This document shows positions 1-11,590 of a DNA stretch of 64,000 nucleotides, piece after piece. Both the position numbers and the translations under genes were made by a program. The notes under the pieces were generated by a model that made no database searches, had not been told where the DNA came from, and worked only from the letters and a program-made list of their open reading frames with translations. The stretch covers positions 46,579-110,578 of the forward strand of contig DHNG01000030.1 of NCBI GenBank assembly GCA_002409405.1, read 5' to 3'. How positions within the stretch are numbered: position 1 is the stretch's first letter; each line of letters opens with the position of its first letter. The stretch is from Flavobacteriales bacterium UBA5422 (lineage in GTDB: Bacteria; Bacteroidota; Bacteroidia; Flavobacteriales_D; Crocinitomicaceae).

Positions 1-2
1 AA

Positions 3-389
3 ACACAACAGCTGATTGAAACGGATGTTGTTTCACTCGAAGCAGACAGCACACTTGACAGTTTAGTACAAGCCATCTCTCAAAGTAAACGCAGTATTTT
101 TCCTGTTCTGGAAACGGACGGAACATTCTTAGGAGTGATTTTACTGGATGATGTCCGGGAGATCATGTTCAAACCTGCCCTTTATCAGCAAATTCAGGTC
201 AAAGAATTAATGACTCCCGCTCCCGCTATTTTGTCTTCGGAAGATACCATGCTCAACGTAATGAAACGCTTTGATGAAACCAATGCCTGGGCTCTCCCTG
301 TTGTTGACAATGGAAAATTTGTGGGATTGATTACCAAAACGGGGGTATTTAACAGTTACCGGGAGAAGTTGAAGGACAGTTCGTTTTAA
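3..389 (+). CDS. C-terminal CBS-domain pair, probably of a ClC chloride channel protein (5' truncated by window)
   Basis: Frame is open from the window start: ...SIFPVLETDGTFLGVILLDDVREIMF...ELMTPAPAILSSEDTMLNVMKRFDETNAWALPVVDNGKFVGLITK, tandem CBS motifs typical of the Bacteroidota ClC-CBS C-terminus. Confidence 0.75.
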   Translation, partial: TQQLIETDVVSLEADSTLDSLVQAISQSKRSIFPVLETDGTFLGVILLDDVREIMFKPALYQQIQVKELMTPAPAILSSEDTMLNVMKRFDETNAWALPVVDNGKFVGLITKTGVFNSYREKLKDSSF

Positions 390-469
390 TTCGTGTGATG
401 ATTTTTCCACAGATTCATGGATTCAAGGAGTAACGGTAGATGTGACATGGCGCGGATAAACAAACTCCT

Positions 470-1009
470 CTAATTAAAATCAATCTTGTTTATCTTTAGC
501 TCCCAAACCTCTTTTTTAGTTGTTCCGAATGTTTTGGTTTGTGGTTGAAAATTAACATTCACTTTCATCTTTGTGGCTTTCTGTTTCCCGTTTATTGTAT
601 AATTCAACTGATACGTATAGATCCAGAAAGTATTTTTTAATTCTGAATTGATCCATTTCATCGATACAACTTCTACATGTGCGTTCTTCCAGTCTTCTAA
701 CCATTTTGCTACTGTATAAACCGGTTGCTTGTTCTCAATACCGGATAATTGAACTTCCGATTCTGAAAATAGTTGCTCCATATTTGCCGCAAGCTGTTTG
801 TTTAGTTCCACAGTATTGGTTTTTACGGAAACAAGTCTTAAGTACTCCATCAATTCCTGCACTTTGAGTTCTCCCTGAACAGCATACGACTGAACCGTCA
901 GGTTGTCAAATGAGTTACTGATTGTCAGTTCCCTTGTTTCCATAATCGATTGCGACCAACTGATTGTCAGCGAACAAGAAAACAGTAAAAAAATAATCCA
1001 CGTTCTCAT
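470..1009 (-). CDS. Exported hypothetical protein
   Basis: 179-aa ORF with signal peptide ending SWS-Q; starts 1 nt after the stop of the upstream gene (co-transcribed). Confidence 0.75.
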   Translation of the reverse strand: MRTWIIFLLFSCSLTISWSQSIMETRELTISNSFDNLTVQSYAVQGELKVQELMEYLRLVSVKTNTVELNKQLAANMEQLFSESEVQLSGIENKQPVYTVAKWLEDWKNAHVEVVSMKWINSELKNTFWIYTYQLNYTINGKQKATKMKVNVNFQPQTKTFGTTKKEVWELKINKIDFN

Positions 1010-1010
1010 A

Positions 1011-1919
1011 TCAGTTTTGTTTTATCCGAATTTTAGTGATTCGCTTTGCATTGTCCTGTTCCAGAGAAAGTACCTGCCACCGTTTTATTGCTTGCGTGGG
1101 GATGGTTAACTTCTGGGTAAATTCTTCCTTATTCATGTATTCAATTCCCAGTCCGTTTTGCAGATGGATCAATACCTCCAAATCTGCTGAAAGAATGGCA
1201 TTTAATTGTGTTTTTCGCGTTTCCCAGTCTTTAATGTCGGACTGCATGAATGCTTTGAGCATCATCGCATGATCGTCCGGTTTCAGGACAATCGTTTTTG
1301 CTTTTTCTTTCACCTCAACAATCGCTTCCGAATAAAAAGGGCTTTCTACCACAATCTCTGATTCATTCTCCACAACAGTTGTTGGAATATCACTTATTTT
1401 CAACTGTTTCAATTGATCCTTTTCCTTCACGAACAATTGAATGGTGGAATCCGTGATTTCTTCCTGGGTATAAAAATCTTTCACCTTCACTTTTTCTTGC
1501 TTGTGTTCCCCGAATGTCTCCTTCGGTTGATTCCATTTCCAAAGGAAAAACGCACTACCGCTAATTGACGCGAATACCAGCAAAACAATCCATCCTCTTT
1601 TTACAGGTTTTTGTGTTTCAACCGGGACAATCGCCTTCGTTGTATATGCAAATGCATTCCAGGAATCAAACCGGCAGTATACAGAAAGAATATCCAGCAT
1701 GTCCTTTCGGGGAAGTTTTTCGTTATCCGCTGGTTTCAAATGGGTGTAAATCCATTTTTCACTGATCCGTTGTTTTGTTGCCTCCTCGATATCGTCTATC
1801 AACTGTTGAATGTCTTTGCTACTAACATTTTTCCACTCCGTCGACGCATACGGATACGTTTCCCGGTAGCGCGCTAGCACCCGTTCTTTTAATTCGTAAA
1901 ATGCCGTGAGTTGATCCAT
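1011..1919 (-). CDS. Bitopic membrane protein with a helical N-terminal domain (putative DNA-binding) and periplasmic C-terminal domain
   Basis: 302 aa; N-terminal ISEKWIYTHLK...LPRKDMLDILSVY...SWNAF motif, a single TM helix (WIVLLVFASISGSAFFLW), then a hydrophilic domain. Confidence 0.7.
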   Translation of the reverse strand: MDQLTAFYELKERVLARYRETYPYASTEWKNVSSKDIQQLIDDIEEATKQRISEKWIYTHLKPADNEKLPRKDMLDILSVYCRFDSWNAFAYTTKAIVPVETQKPVKRGWIVLLVFASISGSAFFLWKWNQPKETFGEHKQEKVKVKDFYTQEEITDSTIQLFVKEKDQLKQLKISDIPTTVVENESEIVVESPFYSEAIVEVKEKAKTIVLKPDDHAMMLKAFMQSDIKDWETRKTQLNAILSADLEVLIHLQNGLGIEYMNKEEFTQKLTIPTQAIKRWQVLSLEQDNAKRITKIRIKQN

Positions 1920-2070
1920 TCCAAAACGTATGTAAATGTAGTTTCAGCAAGTAAAAATAGTGCTGTAAAACCACTGTAAAGTAACGAAAAAGTTTTTACA
2001 GTCACTAGAAAGTCCTTGTACAGTATGGTTATTGAGCAGATGTATTATTCTTGCTTCAAAAATAAATCCT

Positions 2071-2520
2071 ATGAAAAAATTGAATGGTATAGTGGGAGGA
2101 ATCATACTCTGTTCCTCACTAAGCTTTGGACAAACAAATGTCATCGCACTGAAAAGTCATGCAGGAACTACAGCTGAACTTTTGGAACAGGATGATAATT
2201 TCGGACTCCCGGATCCGTCTTATGAATACAGATATGTTGATTCTGTGAAGTATGTAAAAAAAGAGAAGATTGTAATTAATTACAGAACGTATGGTGTTGA
2301 CACTTCTTTTTATACCCATGAAAAAGATTCGATGATACAGGAACATCTGAAAGCAATCCGGTTGAATCGATGGTATCCTGAAAAAACAAAATTCATTGAC
2401 TTTCCGAAAGAAATTGAAAAATTGGTGGCTGAAAGAAACCTGAAACAAAGTGCCTTTCCTTTTTTACTCATCTTAAGTGTACTGGGAGCTGGCGGATTGG
2501 TTGTGAGAAAGACCATTTGA
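2071..2520 (+). CDS. Exported protein with C-terminal membrane anchor
   Basis: ATG 2071 MKKLNGIVGGIILCSSLSFG-Q signal peptide; C-terminal hydrophobic helix plus RK tail. Confidence 0.75.
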   Translation: MKKLNGIVGGIILCSSLSFGQTNVIALKSHAGTTAELLEQDDNFGLPDPSYEYRYVDSVKYVKKEKIVINYRTYGVDTSFYTHEKDSMIQEHLKAIRLNRWYPEKTKFIDFPKEIEKLVAERNLKQSAFPFLLILSVLGAGGLVVRKTI

Positions 2521-2540
2521 AGGTTGTTTTGTAATCTGGT

Positions 2541-2688
2541 CCTCCCCCTTTATCCCCCTCCGAAGGGGGAAGATAAAATCAGATATAAAAAACAGGTTGT
2601 ATAAATCAGGACGGCACATGGTTTTAATCAATAATCTTTTTCCCAATACCGGTAAAAATCCCCCTTCGGAGGGGGATAAAGGGGGAGG
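2541..2688. repeat. Intergenic perfect 30-bp inverted repeat pair (REP-like), copy 1
   Basis: CCTCCCCCTTTATCCCCCTCCGAAGGGGGA (2541-2570) and its exact reverse complement (2659-2688), 88-nt spacer; each arm has an internal CCCCCT-N-AGGGGG hairpin. Confidence 0.9.
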
Positions 2689-2699
2689 ATATATATTTA

Positions 2700-3830
2700 A
2701 TGAAAATCATCATGCGTAACATCATTCTTTTCTGGGCAAGTTGTTGGTGTGTATTATCTTTCCTCTTTTTGCCGTTCCCGTTTTCCTTTCTTCCCGAAAT
2801 CGGAATCGAATTGAGTCGGTTGATCTTACCTTTGAACACCCTGATTTGTTCCTGGTTTGGAATAAGCATCCGGGAATCATTCCTCATCTCCGATTCATTG
2901 GCGTTCTATTCCACCGGCATTCTATTGTTCTTTCTGTCAGGAATAATCACGCTTTTTATCTCCCGGAAGGGAAGACATCTTTTCACAAACATTCAAACAG
3001 GATTCTTTTTCACATTGATTCTGCTGCTTGCTTATTTTTTAATCCGATACGGGTTGGATAAATTATTCGGAAGGCAATTTTACACACCTGCTTCCAATAC
3101 GCTTCATACACCTGCCGGGCAACTGGGAAAAGATCTTTTATTCTGGACAAGTATGGGGACAAGCTCATTCTATAATTCCTTCATGGCCATTACAGAAATC
3201 TCAGCAGGGGCTTTTTTGCTCTTTAACAGAACACGGTTTTTAGGACTCATTCTCAGTTTTGGTATCCTGCTCAATGTCTTTGCAATCAATATCGGGTTTG
3301 ATATTACGGTCAAATATCTTTCCGGATTATTAGTGATTTCCTGTATTGTTTGTCTCTTTTTTTATGATTCCAGGTTAAAATTTCTGATCTATGGAAAAGT
3401 ATCCGAACAAGTGCAGCCAACTTTGGCAAAGACATGGACCTTTCTTCTATTTACGCCCTTTTTAGCAGATCTAATTGCATCGTACTGGCAGAATCCGCCT
3501 AATGAAAGCGGGAAAAGTTATTCCGTACAGTCTCTGGTAACCGGCGCAGAGTTTATAGCTGCAAGTGAAGTTACCCGAATTCATTTTCATCCGAGGGGAT
3601 ACTTCATTACTGAAAATCAGCAGCAACAATTTACGTCCTTCAAATTATCCGAAGACAAAAGATATCTCCTCATCAATCAACAGGCTGTTTCGGTTTCGAT
3701 TACCAAAGAAACACTCTTGTTGAAGTATGGTAATGATTCCATTGAATGGAAAGTAGCAGAAATAAACCTGGATAAACTCCCTCTAAAACAGGACAAAACA
3801 CATTGGTACTTCGAACTGATTCGTGAATAA
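2700..3830 (+). CDS. DoxX-like multi-pass membrane protein
   Basis: Several TM helices; YGLDKLFGRQF, LFWTSMG.S..YN.F...TEI..G.FLLF.RTR.LG and NVFAINIGFDITVK motifs resemble Bacteroidota DoxX-family proteins. Confidence 0.65.
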   Translation: MKIIMRNIILFWASCWCVLSFLFLPFPFSFLPEIGIELSRLILPLNTLICSWFGISIRESFLISDSLAFYSTGILLFFLSGIITLFISRKGRHLFTNIQTGFFFTLILLLAYFLIRYGLDKLFGRQFYTPASNTLHTPAGQLGKDLLFWTSMGTSSFYNSFMAITEISAGAFLLFNRTRFLGLILSFGILLNVFAINIGFDITVKYLSGLLVISCIVCLFFYDSRLKFLIYGKVSEQVQPTLAKTWTFLLFTPFLADLIASYWQNPPNESGKSYSVQSLVTGAEFIAASEVTRIHFHPRGYFITENQQQQFTSFKLSEDKRYLLINQQAVSVSITKETLLLKYGNDSIEWKVAEINLDKLPLKQDKTHWYFELIRE

Positions 3831-3860
3831 ATTGTATATTTCGTTTCAAAATATCCATTT

Positions 3861-4232
3861 ATGAAATTAGTTGCATTTATTTTATCCGTTTGTTTTTGCG
3901 CAGTAAGCTATTCCGGTTCAGCTCAGGAAGTTGTTTATATGAATGTATCTGAATACCTCAAAAGTATGGAGATCGAAGTAATCACTCCAAAAAATGAGCA
4001 TGAGCTGACCTTGGTTGAAGCCACAGCTGATAATCAGGTGAAAATAACCAATCCGAATAAAATCACTCAATTTCTGAAAGACAATACAATGGGACATTCC
4101 GTAGTAATCAAAATGGAGTTGGAAAAATGGATCAAACAAGGTTTTGATATTCAGACATCTCATATTGTATTTGGAAAACCTGAAGAAGGAACCTATGTAA
4201 AACACACTGTATATGTGTTGGTAAAGAAATAA
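3861..4232 (+). CDS. Small exported hypothetical protein
   Basis: 123 aa, signal peptide ending SA-Q. Confidence 0.7.
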   Translation: MKLVAFILSVCFCAVSYSGSAQEVVYMNVSEYLKSMEIEVITPKNEHELTLVEATADNQVKITNPNKITQFLKDNTMGHSVVIKMELEKWIKQGFDIQTSHIVFGKPEEGTYVKHTVYVLVKK

Positions 4233-4352
4233 TTTTCTGTTGAATCTAATTTACAAAGCTAAACCGTTTAGTGTTTGATTTTTTAACATTTCATTAAGAA
4301 ATTGTGGCATCATTTTTCGATTGTCGTTATCAATCAATTAAAATGTAATGTC

Positions 4353-5099
4353 ATGAGAACAATTTTTACTTTCGCAATCACCTTTGTCCTTTGTTTTACA
4401 AGTGTCGCATCCGAATTGTTCATTCGGATAAATGCTACCGGAGAGTATTCCGTTACCGTTTATGATCAGACACATCAAAACAGAAATAATGTGTATCAAT
4501 TTGCAGGACTTCCCGGTGGTATTACTTCCGTGATGATTGTCAACAAGCATACCAACACGCTTTTATACAACGGGACATTATCAATCATGCAAAATGAGCG
4601 GGTCATCGTACAGGTCAACGGATTTGGAAACTTATCCATTCTACAACGATTTCCGATACAGGAGGTTAACTGGTATACAACTGTTGCGGGAAATGACCCG
4701 TATGCAGGAACATGGCCCGGAACAGCATGGCCAGGTAATCCGAATCCCGGAAATCCGTATCCTGGTTATCCATATCCAAACGGACCATATCCCGGAGGAA
4801 GCTTTCCCGGACAACCGGTTGGCAATACAAACACATACCACCTGTTTTTAAATTCATTAAGAAATGAGGCAATGGACAGTAATAAACTGAGAATGGCAAA
4901 GAATTATGTTGCTTCAAATCCGCTTACGGCAGAACAAATTGCAGGAATCAGCAGGGAATTTTCATTCGACAATAACCGCTTGGATTTTGCGAAACATGCC
5001 TATGCAACATGCTACGATAAAAGCAATTATTTTCTTTTGAAAGACACCTTTACATTCTCATCCAACTATAATAATTTGCTGAATCACATTGGTGGATAA
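4353..5099 (+). CDS. DUF4476-like exported protein (paralog 1)
   Basis: Signal peptide, beta-rich N-domain, P/G/N/Y-rich linker, C-terminal KLRMAK...LTAEQI...FSFDNNRLDFAKHAY..CYDKSNYF domain. Confidence 0.75.
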   Translation: MRTIFTFAITFVLCFTSVASELFIRINATGEYSVTVYDQTHQNRNNVYQFAGLPGGITSVMIVNKHTNTLLYNGTLSIMQNERVIVQVNGFGNLSILQRFPIQEVNWYTTVAGNDPYAGTWPGTAWPGNPNPGNPYPGYPYPNGPYPGGSFPGQPVGNTNTYHLFLNSLRNEAMDSNKLRMAKNYVASNPLTAEQIAGISREFSFDNNRLDFAKHAYATCYDKSNYFLLKDTFTFSSNYNNLLNHIGG

Positions 5100-5127
5100 C
5101 GAAACGAACATCACCTGATATTATCAC

Positions 5128-5159
5128 ATCCCTCTGAGCAACAACTCAGGGGGATTTTT
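5128..5159 (+). terminator. Intrinsic terminator between convergent genes
   Basis: ATCCCTCTGAG-caacaa-CTCAGGGGGAT followed by a T run. Confidence 0.7.
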
Positions 5160-5170
5160 GTAGTATTAAC

Positions 5171-8100
5171 TCATGCTTTCAACAATGCCAACCTTCTGTA
5201 TGCTTCTCCTAAATCGTGAATTTCTTCTGAAATAACACGTAATTTATCATTTTTCTCACTCATCTTGAAGCGGGACGGATTGGATGTAATGGCTGTTAAC
5301 ACTTGTGTAAAGATCGGTGTTTCATAAAACGGACTCTGCGGGTTGGAAATAAAATACCCGATCATTTTTCCTCCTTTCAGAACGAGTTTTTCCAATCCCA
5401 ACTCTTGTGCCATCCATCGTAGTTCAAACGATTGCAACAAATCTTCTACCGCTTCCGGAATCGGACCGAACCGGTCGATCAGCTGTTGTTCAAACGCTTT
5501 CAGTTCGTCCATTGTTTTGAAGTTGTCCATTTCCTGGTACAAACTCAAGCGTTCCGCAACATTGTTCACATACGTATCGGGAATTCTTACCTCCAGGTCT
5601 GTCTCCAGAATAGTGTCGTTAACAAATTGCAAAGGAGAATCCGTATTCCGGTTTTCAAACAATTCTTTGAATTCGGACTCTTTCAGCTCTTCAATGGCTT
5701 CGTTGAGAATTTTCTGGTACATCTCAAACCCTATTTCAGAAATAAATCCGCTTTGTTCTCCTCCGAGCATGTTTCCTGCTCCGCGAATATCCAAATCCTT
5801 CATAGCAATGTTGAACCCTGCTCCGAGGTCAGAGAATTGAACCAATGCTTCCAGGCGTTTACGCGCCTCTGTCGTCAGCAATGATGATTTCTGAGAAATC
5901 AGGTAACAAAATCCTTTTTTATTGGAACGTCCGACACGACCTCTCAATTGGTGCAAATCACTCAACCCGAAATTGTGTGCATCGTTGATGATCATCGTAT
6001 TGGCATTGGAGATATCAATTCCCGATTCAATGATAGTTGTTGCAAGGAGTACATCGTATTCGTGATTGATGAATCCCATCATTATCTTTTCCAGGGCTTT
6101 ACCGTCCATTTGTCCGTGACCGATCGCCACACGGATTCCGGGGCACAATCGTTGCAGCATTCCAGCAACTTCCTTGATGTTTGCCAATCGGTTGTGGACA
6201 AAATAAACCTGTCCCCCGCGACTTACCTCATAAGCAACTGCATCTCTGATGAGTTCCTCACTAAACGGAATAATTTCCGTCAACACCGGTTGCCGGTTCG
6301 GCGGTGGTGTATTGATGATACTTAAATCCCGTGCACCCATCAATGAGAACTGCAGGGTTCTTGGAATAGGTGTTGCAGTCAACGTTAAGGTATCAACCGT
6401 TGCACGCAGCGTTTTCAATTTGTCTTTCACCGCTACACCAAACTTCTGTTCTTCATCAATAATCATCAAGCCCAGGTCTTTGAATTTCACTTTGTCTGCA
6501 GCAATGGCATGTGTTCCGATCAAAATATCAATCTTCCCTTCTTTCAGGTCTTTGAGTGTTTCGGTTGTTTCTTTCGCAGATTTAAAGCGGTTGATGTAGT
6601 CTACCCGGCACGGAAAATCTTTGAGTCGTTCACGGAAACTTCTGTAATGCTGCAAAGAAAGAATGGTAGTTGGAACCAGCACAGCTACCTGTTTATTATC
6701 TGCTACCGCCTTGAATGCTGCACGCATAGCTACTTCTGTTTTTCCGAATCCGACATCCCCACAAATCAGGCGATCCATCGGAACAGGTTTTTCCATATCT
6801 TCCTTTACCGCTTGTGTCGCTTTCAGCTGATCCGGTGTGTCTTCATACATGAATGAAGCTTCCAGTTCGTTTTGCAAATACGTATCCGGTGCAAACTGGA
6901 ATCCGGGTTGACTTTTGCGTTTCGCATATAGTTGGATGAGATCAAATGCCAGTTCCTTGATCTTCTTTTTCGTTTTATTTTTGAGTGTCGCCCATGCCTG
7001 AGTCCCGAGTTTATTTACCTTCGGAATACTTCCTTCTTTCCCCGTAAATTTGGAAATGCGGTGCAAAGAGTGAATTCCCACGTACAGGACATCTCCGTCT
7101 TTGTAAACCAGTCGGATGGCTTCCTGCGGTTTCCCGTTTACATCAATGGTTTCCAATCCGGAAAATTGCCCCACTCCATGATCAATGTGTGTGACGTAAT
7201 CTCCTTTCTGGAGGTTGTAAATTTCTTTCAGGGTCAATGCTTGCTTCGCCTGTCGAAAACCTTCTTTTAATTTGAACCGGTGATAACGTTCGAACAACTG
7301 GTGATCCGTGAAACATACCAACTTATTGGAAGGGGAAATGAATCCTTCACTCAATGCGAAATGCATGGGAATAAATGCAATCTTCTCACTTTCTTCCGTA
7401 CCGATATCCGCCAGAATTTGTTCCAATCGCTCCAATTGTTTTGGCTGATTGGAGAAGATCAGTACTTCATACCCGGATTTCTGGCGTGCCAGAATATCAT
7501 CGCGCAGTAGTTCAAAATTCTTGTTGAATGATGGTTGCGGTTGAAAATCAAATGTGCAGGTTAGTCCGATCTTAAATGCTGTATCTGTTCCCAACTCAAT
7601 GGTCGAAAATGCTTTAAGCTCCGATAAAAAGGTTGTCTGATCAACATAGAGGTTGCTCGGAATTGTGTGCTTCACCGTATCCGGCAACTTTGAATGAATT
7701 TCTACCGATCTGGTGTATTCTTTTTTCAGAACTTCTTGTGTTTTATCTACCGAATCAATCCAGACTGTTGTATTTTTCCCTGCAAATTCAAAAAAACTTC
7801 CGTTTCCTTCCTGTACCATTTTTCCCTGTACATTCGGAACGATGGAAAAATGTTTGTGTGTATTGATCGATAATTGTGTAGCTGCATCAAATGTACGCAC
7901 AGATTCGACCTCATCTCCGAAGAACTCAATCCGGAAGGGATTGTCGTTGGAATACGAAAACACGTCCACAATTCCTCCTCGGATAGAAAATTGACCCGGT
8001 TCATACACAAAATCAACGTATTCAAAATGGTATTCCATCAACACTTCATGGATAAAATCAATGGAATAGGTTTTTCCTACCTCTAATCGAAATGTATTTT

Positions 8101-8518
8101 TAGACAAGTTTTTCTGTGTCGGCACTTTTTCAAATAAAGCTTCGGGATAGGTAATAATCCATGCATTCTTACCAGAATTAACCTTGTCCAGTACTTCCGC
8201 ACGTGCCACCACATTGGCATTATCGGTCTCTTCCAATTGGTAAGGCACACGGTATGAAGCAGGATAGAATAAAATATTTTTATTTTCAGGAAATAAGCCC
8301 TCAAAATTGTTCAGAAAATAGGCTGCTTCCTCTTTGTCGTTCAGAATAAACAAATGATTTCCGGGAACCTGTGAGCAAACCGCCGCTGCACAGACCGACC
8401 TGGAGGCTCCTGCCAATCCTTTCCATTGAATCCGGGATTCGTGGAACTGTAATTGATTGGCTGTTTGTTCAACCAATGGCATGTGTTCAAAGTGCTGGCG
8501 GAAATCTTTTATGTTCAT
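5171..8518 (-). CDS. mfd: Transcription-repair coupling factor
   Basis: UvrB-homology N-terminus, CarD/RID region (GDYVTHIDHGVG), GDVGFGKTEVA Walker A, DEEQ, QLRGRVGRS and DLDIRGAGN motifs, TRCF C-terminus; start at ATG 8518 downstream of a TATCTTTG box. Confidence 0.97.
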   Translation of the reverse strand: MNIKDFRQHFEHMPLVEQTANQLQFHESRIQWKGLAGASRSVCAAAVCSQVPGNHLFILNDKEEAAYFLNNFEGLFPENKNILFYPASYRVPYQLEETDNANVVARAEVLDKVNSGKNAWIITYPEALFEKVPTQKNLSKNTFRLEVGKTYSIDFIHEVLMEYHFEYVDFVYEPGQFSIRGGIVDVFSYSNDNPFRIEFFGDEVESVRTFDAATQLSINTHKHFSIVPNVQGKMVQEGNGSFFEFAGKNTTVWIDSVDKTQEVLKKEYTRSVEIHSKLPDTVKHTIPSNLYVDQTTFLSELKAFSTIELGTDTAFKIGLTCTFDFQPQPSFNKNFELLRDDILARQKSGYEVLIFSNQPKQLERLEQILADIGTEESEKIAFIPMHFALSEGFISPSNKLVCFTDHQLFERYHRFKLKEGFRQAKQALTLKEIYNLQKGDYVTHIDHGVGQFSGLETIDVNGKPQEAIRLVYKDGDVLYVGIHSLHRISKFTGKEGSIPKVNKLGTQAWATLKNKTKKKIKELAFDLIQLYAKRKSQPGFQFAPDTYLQNELEASFMYEDTPDQLKATQAVKEDMEKPVPMDRLICGDVGFGKTEVAMRAAFKAVADNKQVAVLVPTTILSLQHYRSFRERLKDFPCRVDYINRFKSAKETTETLKDLKEGKIDILIGTHAIAADKVKFKDLGLMIIDEEQKFGVAVKDKLKTLRATVDTLTLTATPIPRTLQFSLMGARDLSIINTPPPNRQPVLTEIIPFSEELIRDAVAYEVSRGGQVYFVHNRLANIKEVAGMLQRLCPGIRVAIGHGQMDGKALEKIMMGFINHEYDVLLATTIIESGIDISNANTMIINDAHNFGLSDLHQLRGRVGRSNKKGFCYLISQKSSLLTTEARKRLEALVQFSDLGAGFNIAMKDLDIRGAGNMLGGEQSGFISEIGFEMYQKILNEAIEELKESEFKELFENRNTDSPLQFVNDTILETDLEVRIPDTYVNNVAERLSLYQEMDNFKTMDELKAFEQQLIDRFGPIPEAVEDLLQSFELRWMAQELGLEKLVLKGGKMIGYFISNPQSPFYETPIFTQVLTAITSNPSRFKMSEKNDKLRVISEEIHDLGEAYRRLALLKA

Positions 8519-8747
8519 TAACAAATGGTATGAGTGGTCTAAAATAACAACATCGTGTTGCTCCAGACTAAAATTCAGTTTTAAGAGGTGCAAAGATAGG
8601 GAAAGAAAGACAATTCTACTGATCTGAATACAAGAAAGAATGTTATCTTTTTCCTATAAATCAGGGTACGAATTTGTACAGCGTTCGCATCCAAATTACC
8701 AAAGCGGCTTACTCTTGGTGAATGACTATGGTTTACGGATTTGGCAT

Positions 8748-8782
8748 AAAAAACCCCGGGAAATAAATTATATCCCAGGGCT
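8748..8782 (-). terminator. Intrinsic terminator of katG
   Basis: A6-CCCCGGGA...TCCCAGGGG on the + strand reads as a hairpin plus U tract on the - strand. Confidence 0.6.
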
Positions 8783-8806
8783 CTCTCTTTTCAGTTGGTA
8801 ATATTA

Positions 8807-11110
<2,304 letters not shown>

Positions 11111-11209
11111 TTATGTCTGATTCAAAGGTAATGTTCAATTAACCATGCCCTTAATCGATGTTTTCAATAACTCCATTGTTTTTATTTATAACTCACTGGA
11201 GAATGAATG

Positions 11210-11532
11210 AACTATGTGTCATTAGTTGAATCTAACAACTCTATGTAATCTATGTGGTTAGAGTTTTTTGAACCACATAGATTATATAGGTACATAGCTA
11301 TTGTATGTAGTAGATATAGTGACACATAGCTGCTAACTTTGTCAGCTTTTGATATTGTCAATGATGTCTCTATCTCTTGTTTTTTAATCACATATACGAG
11401 AATATAGTTGGGGCAGGACACATAATCAATGTATTTATTTGTTTAATTCATGTCAATGAATAACTATGTGTCACTAGTTGAATCCAACATGTTTATGTTC
11501 CGAAAGTCTTCGAAACTATGTGGTTCAAAAAA
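11210..11532. repeat. Cluster of CTATGTG/CACATAG palindromic repeats; MITE/REP-like element with 17-bp terminal inverted repeats
   Basis: TTTTTTGAACCACATAG (11264-11280) / CTATGTGGTTCAAAAAA (11516-11532); inner 13-bp IR 11317-11329 / 11464-11476; near-identical direct repeat AACTATGTGTCA(T/C)TAGTTGAATC(T/C)AACA at 11210 and 11462. Confidence 0.8.
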
Positions 11533-11590
11533 TGGCCAGCCTCGGTGTCGAGAATCATCACCTGATTTTTAGAAAAAATTTATATTGCGT

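Noticed and set aside
390-470. REP-like CCACAGATT motif after the CBS gene
   Set aside because: Single short occurrence without a clear partner arm in the spacer.
11210-11532. Possible CRISPR array
   Set aside because: Units occur in mixed orientation with irregular spacing, there are only two direct copies and no cas genes; recorded as a palindromic element instead.
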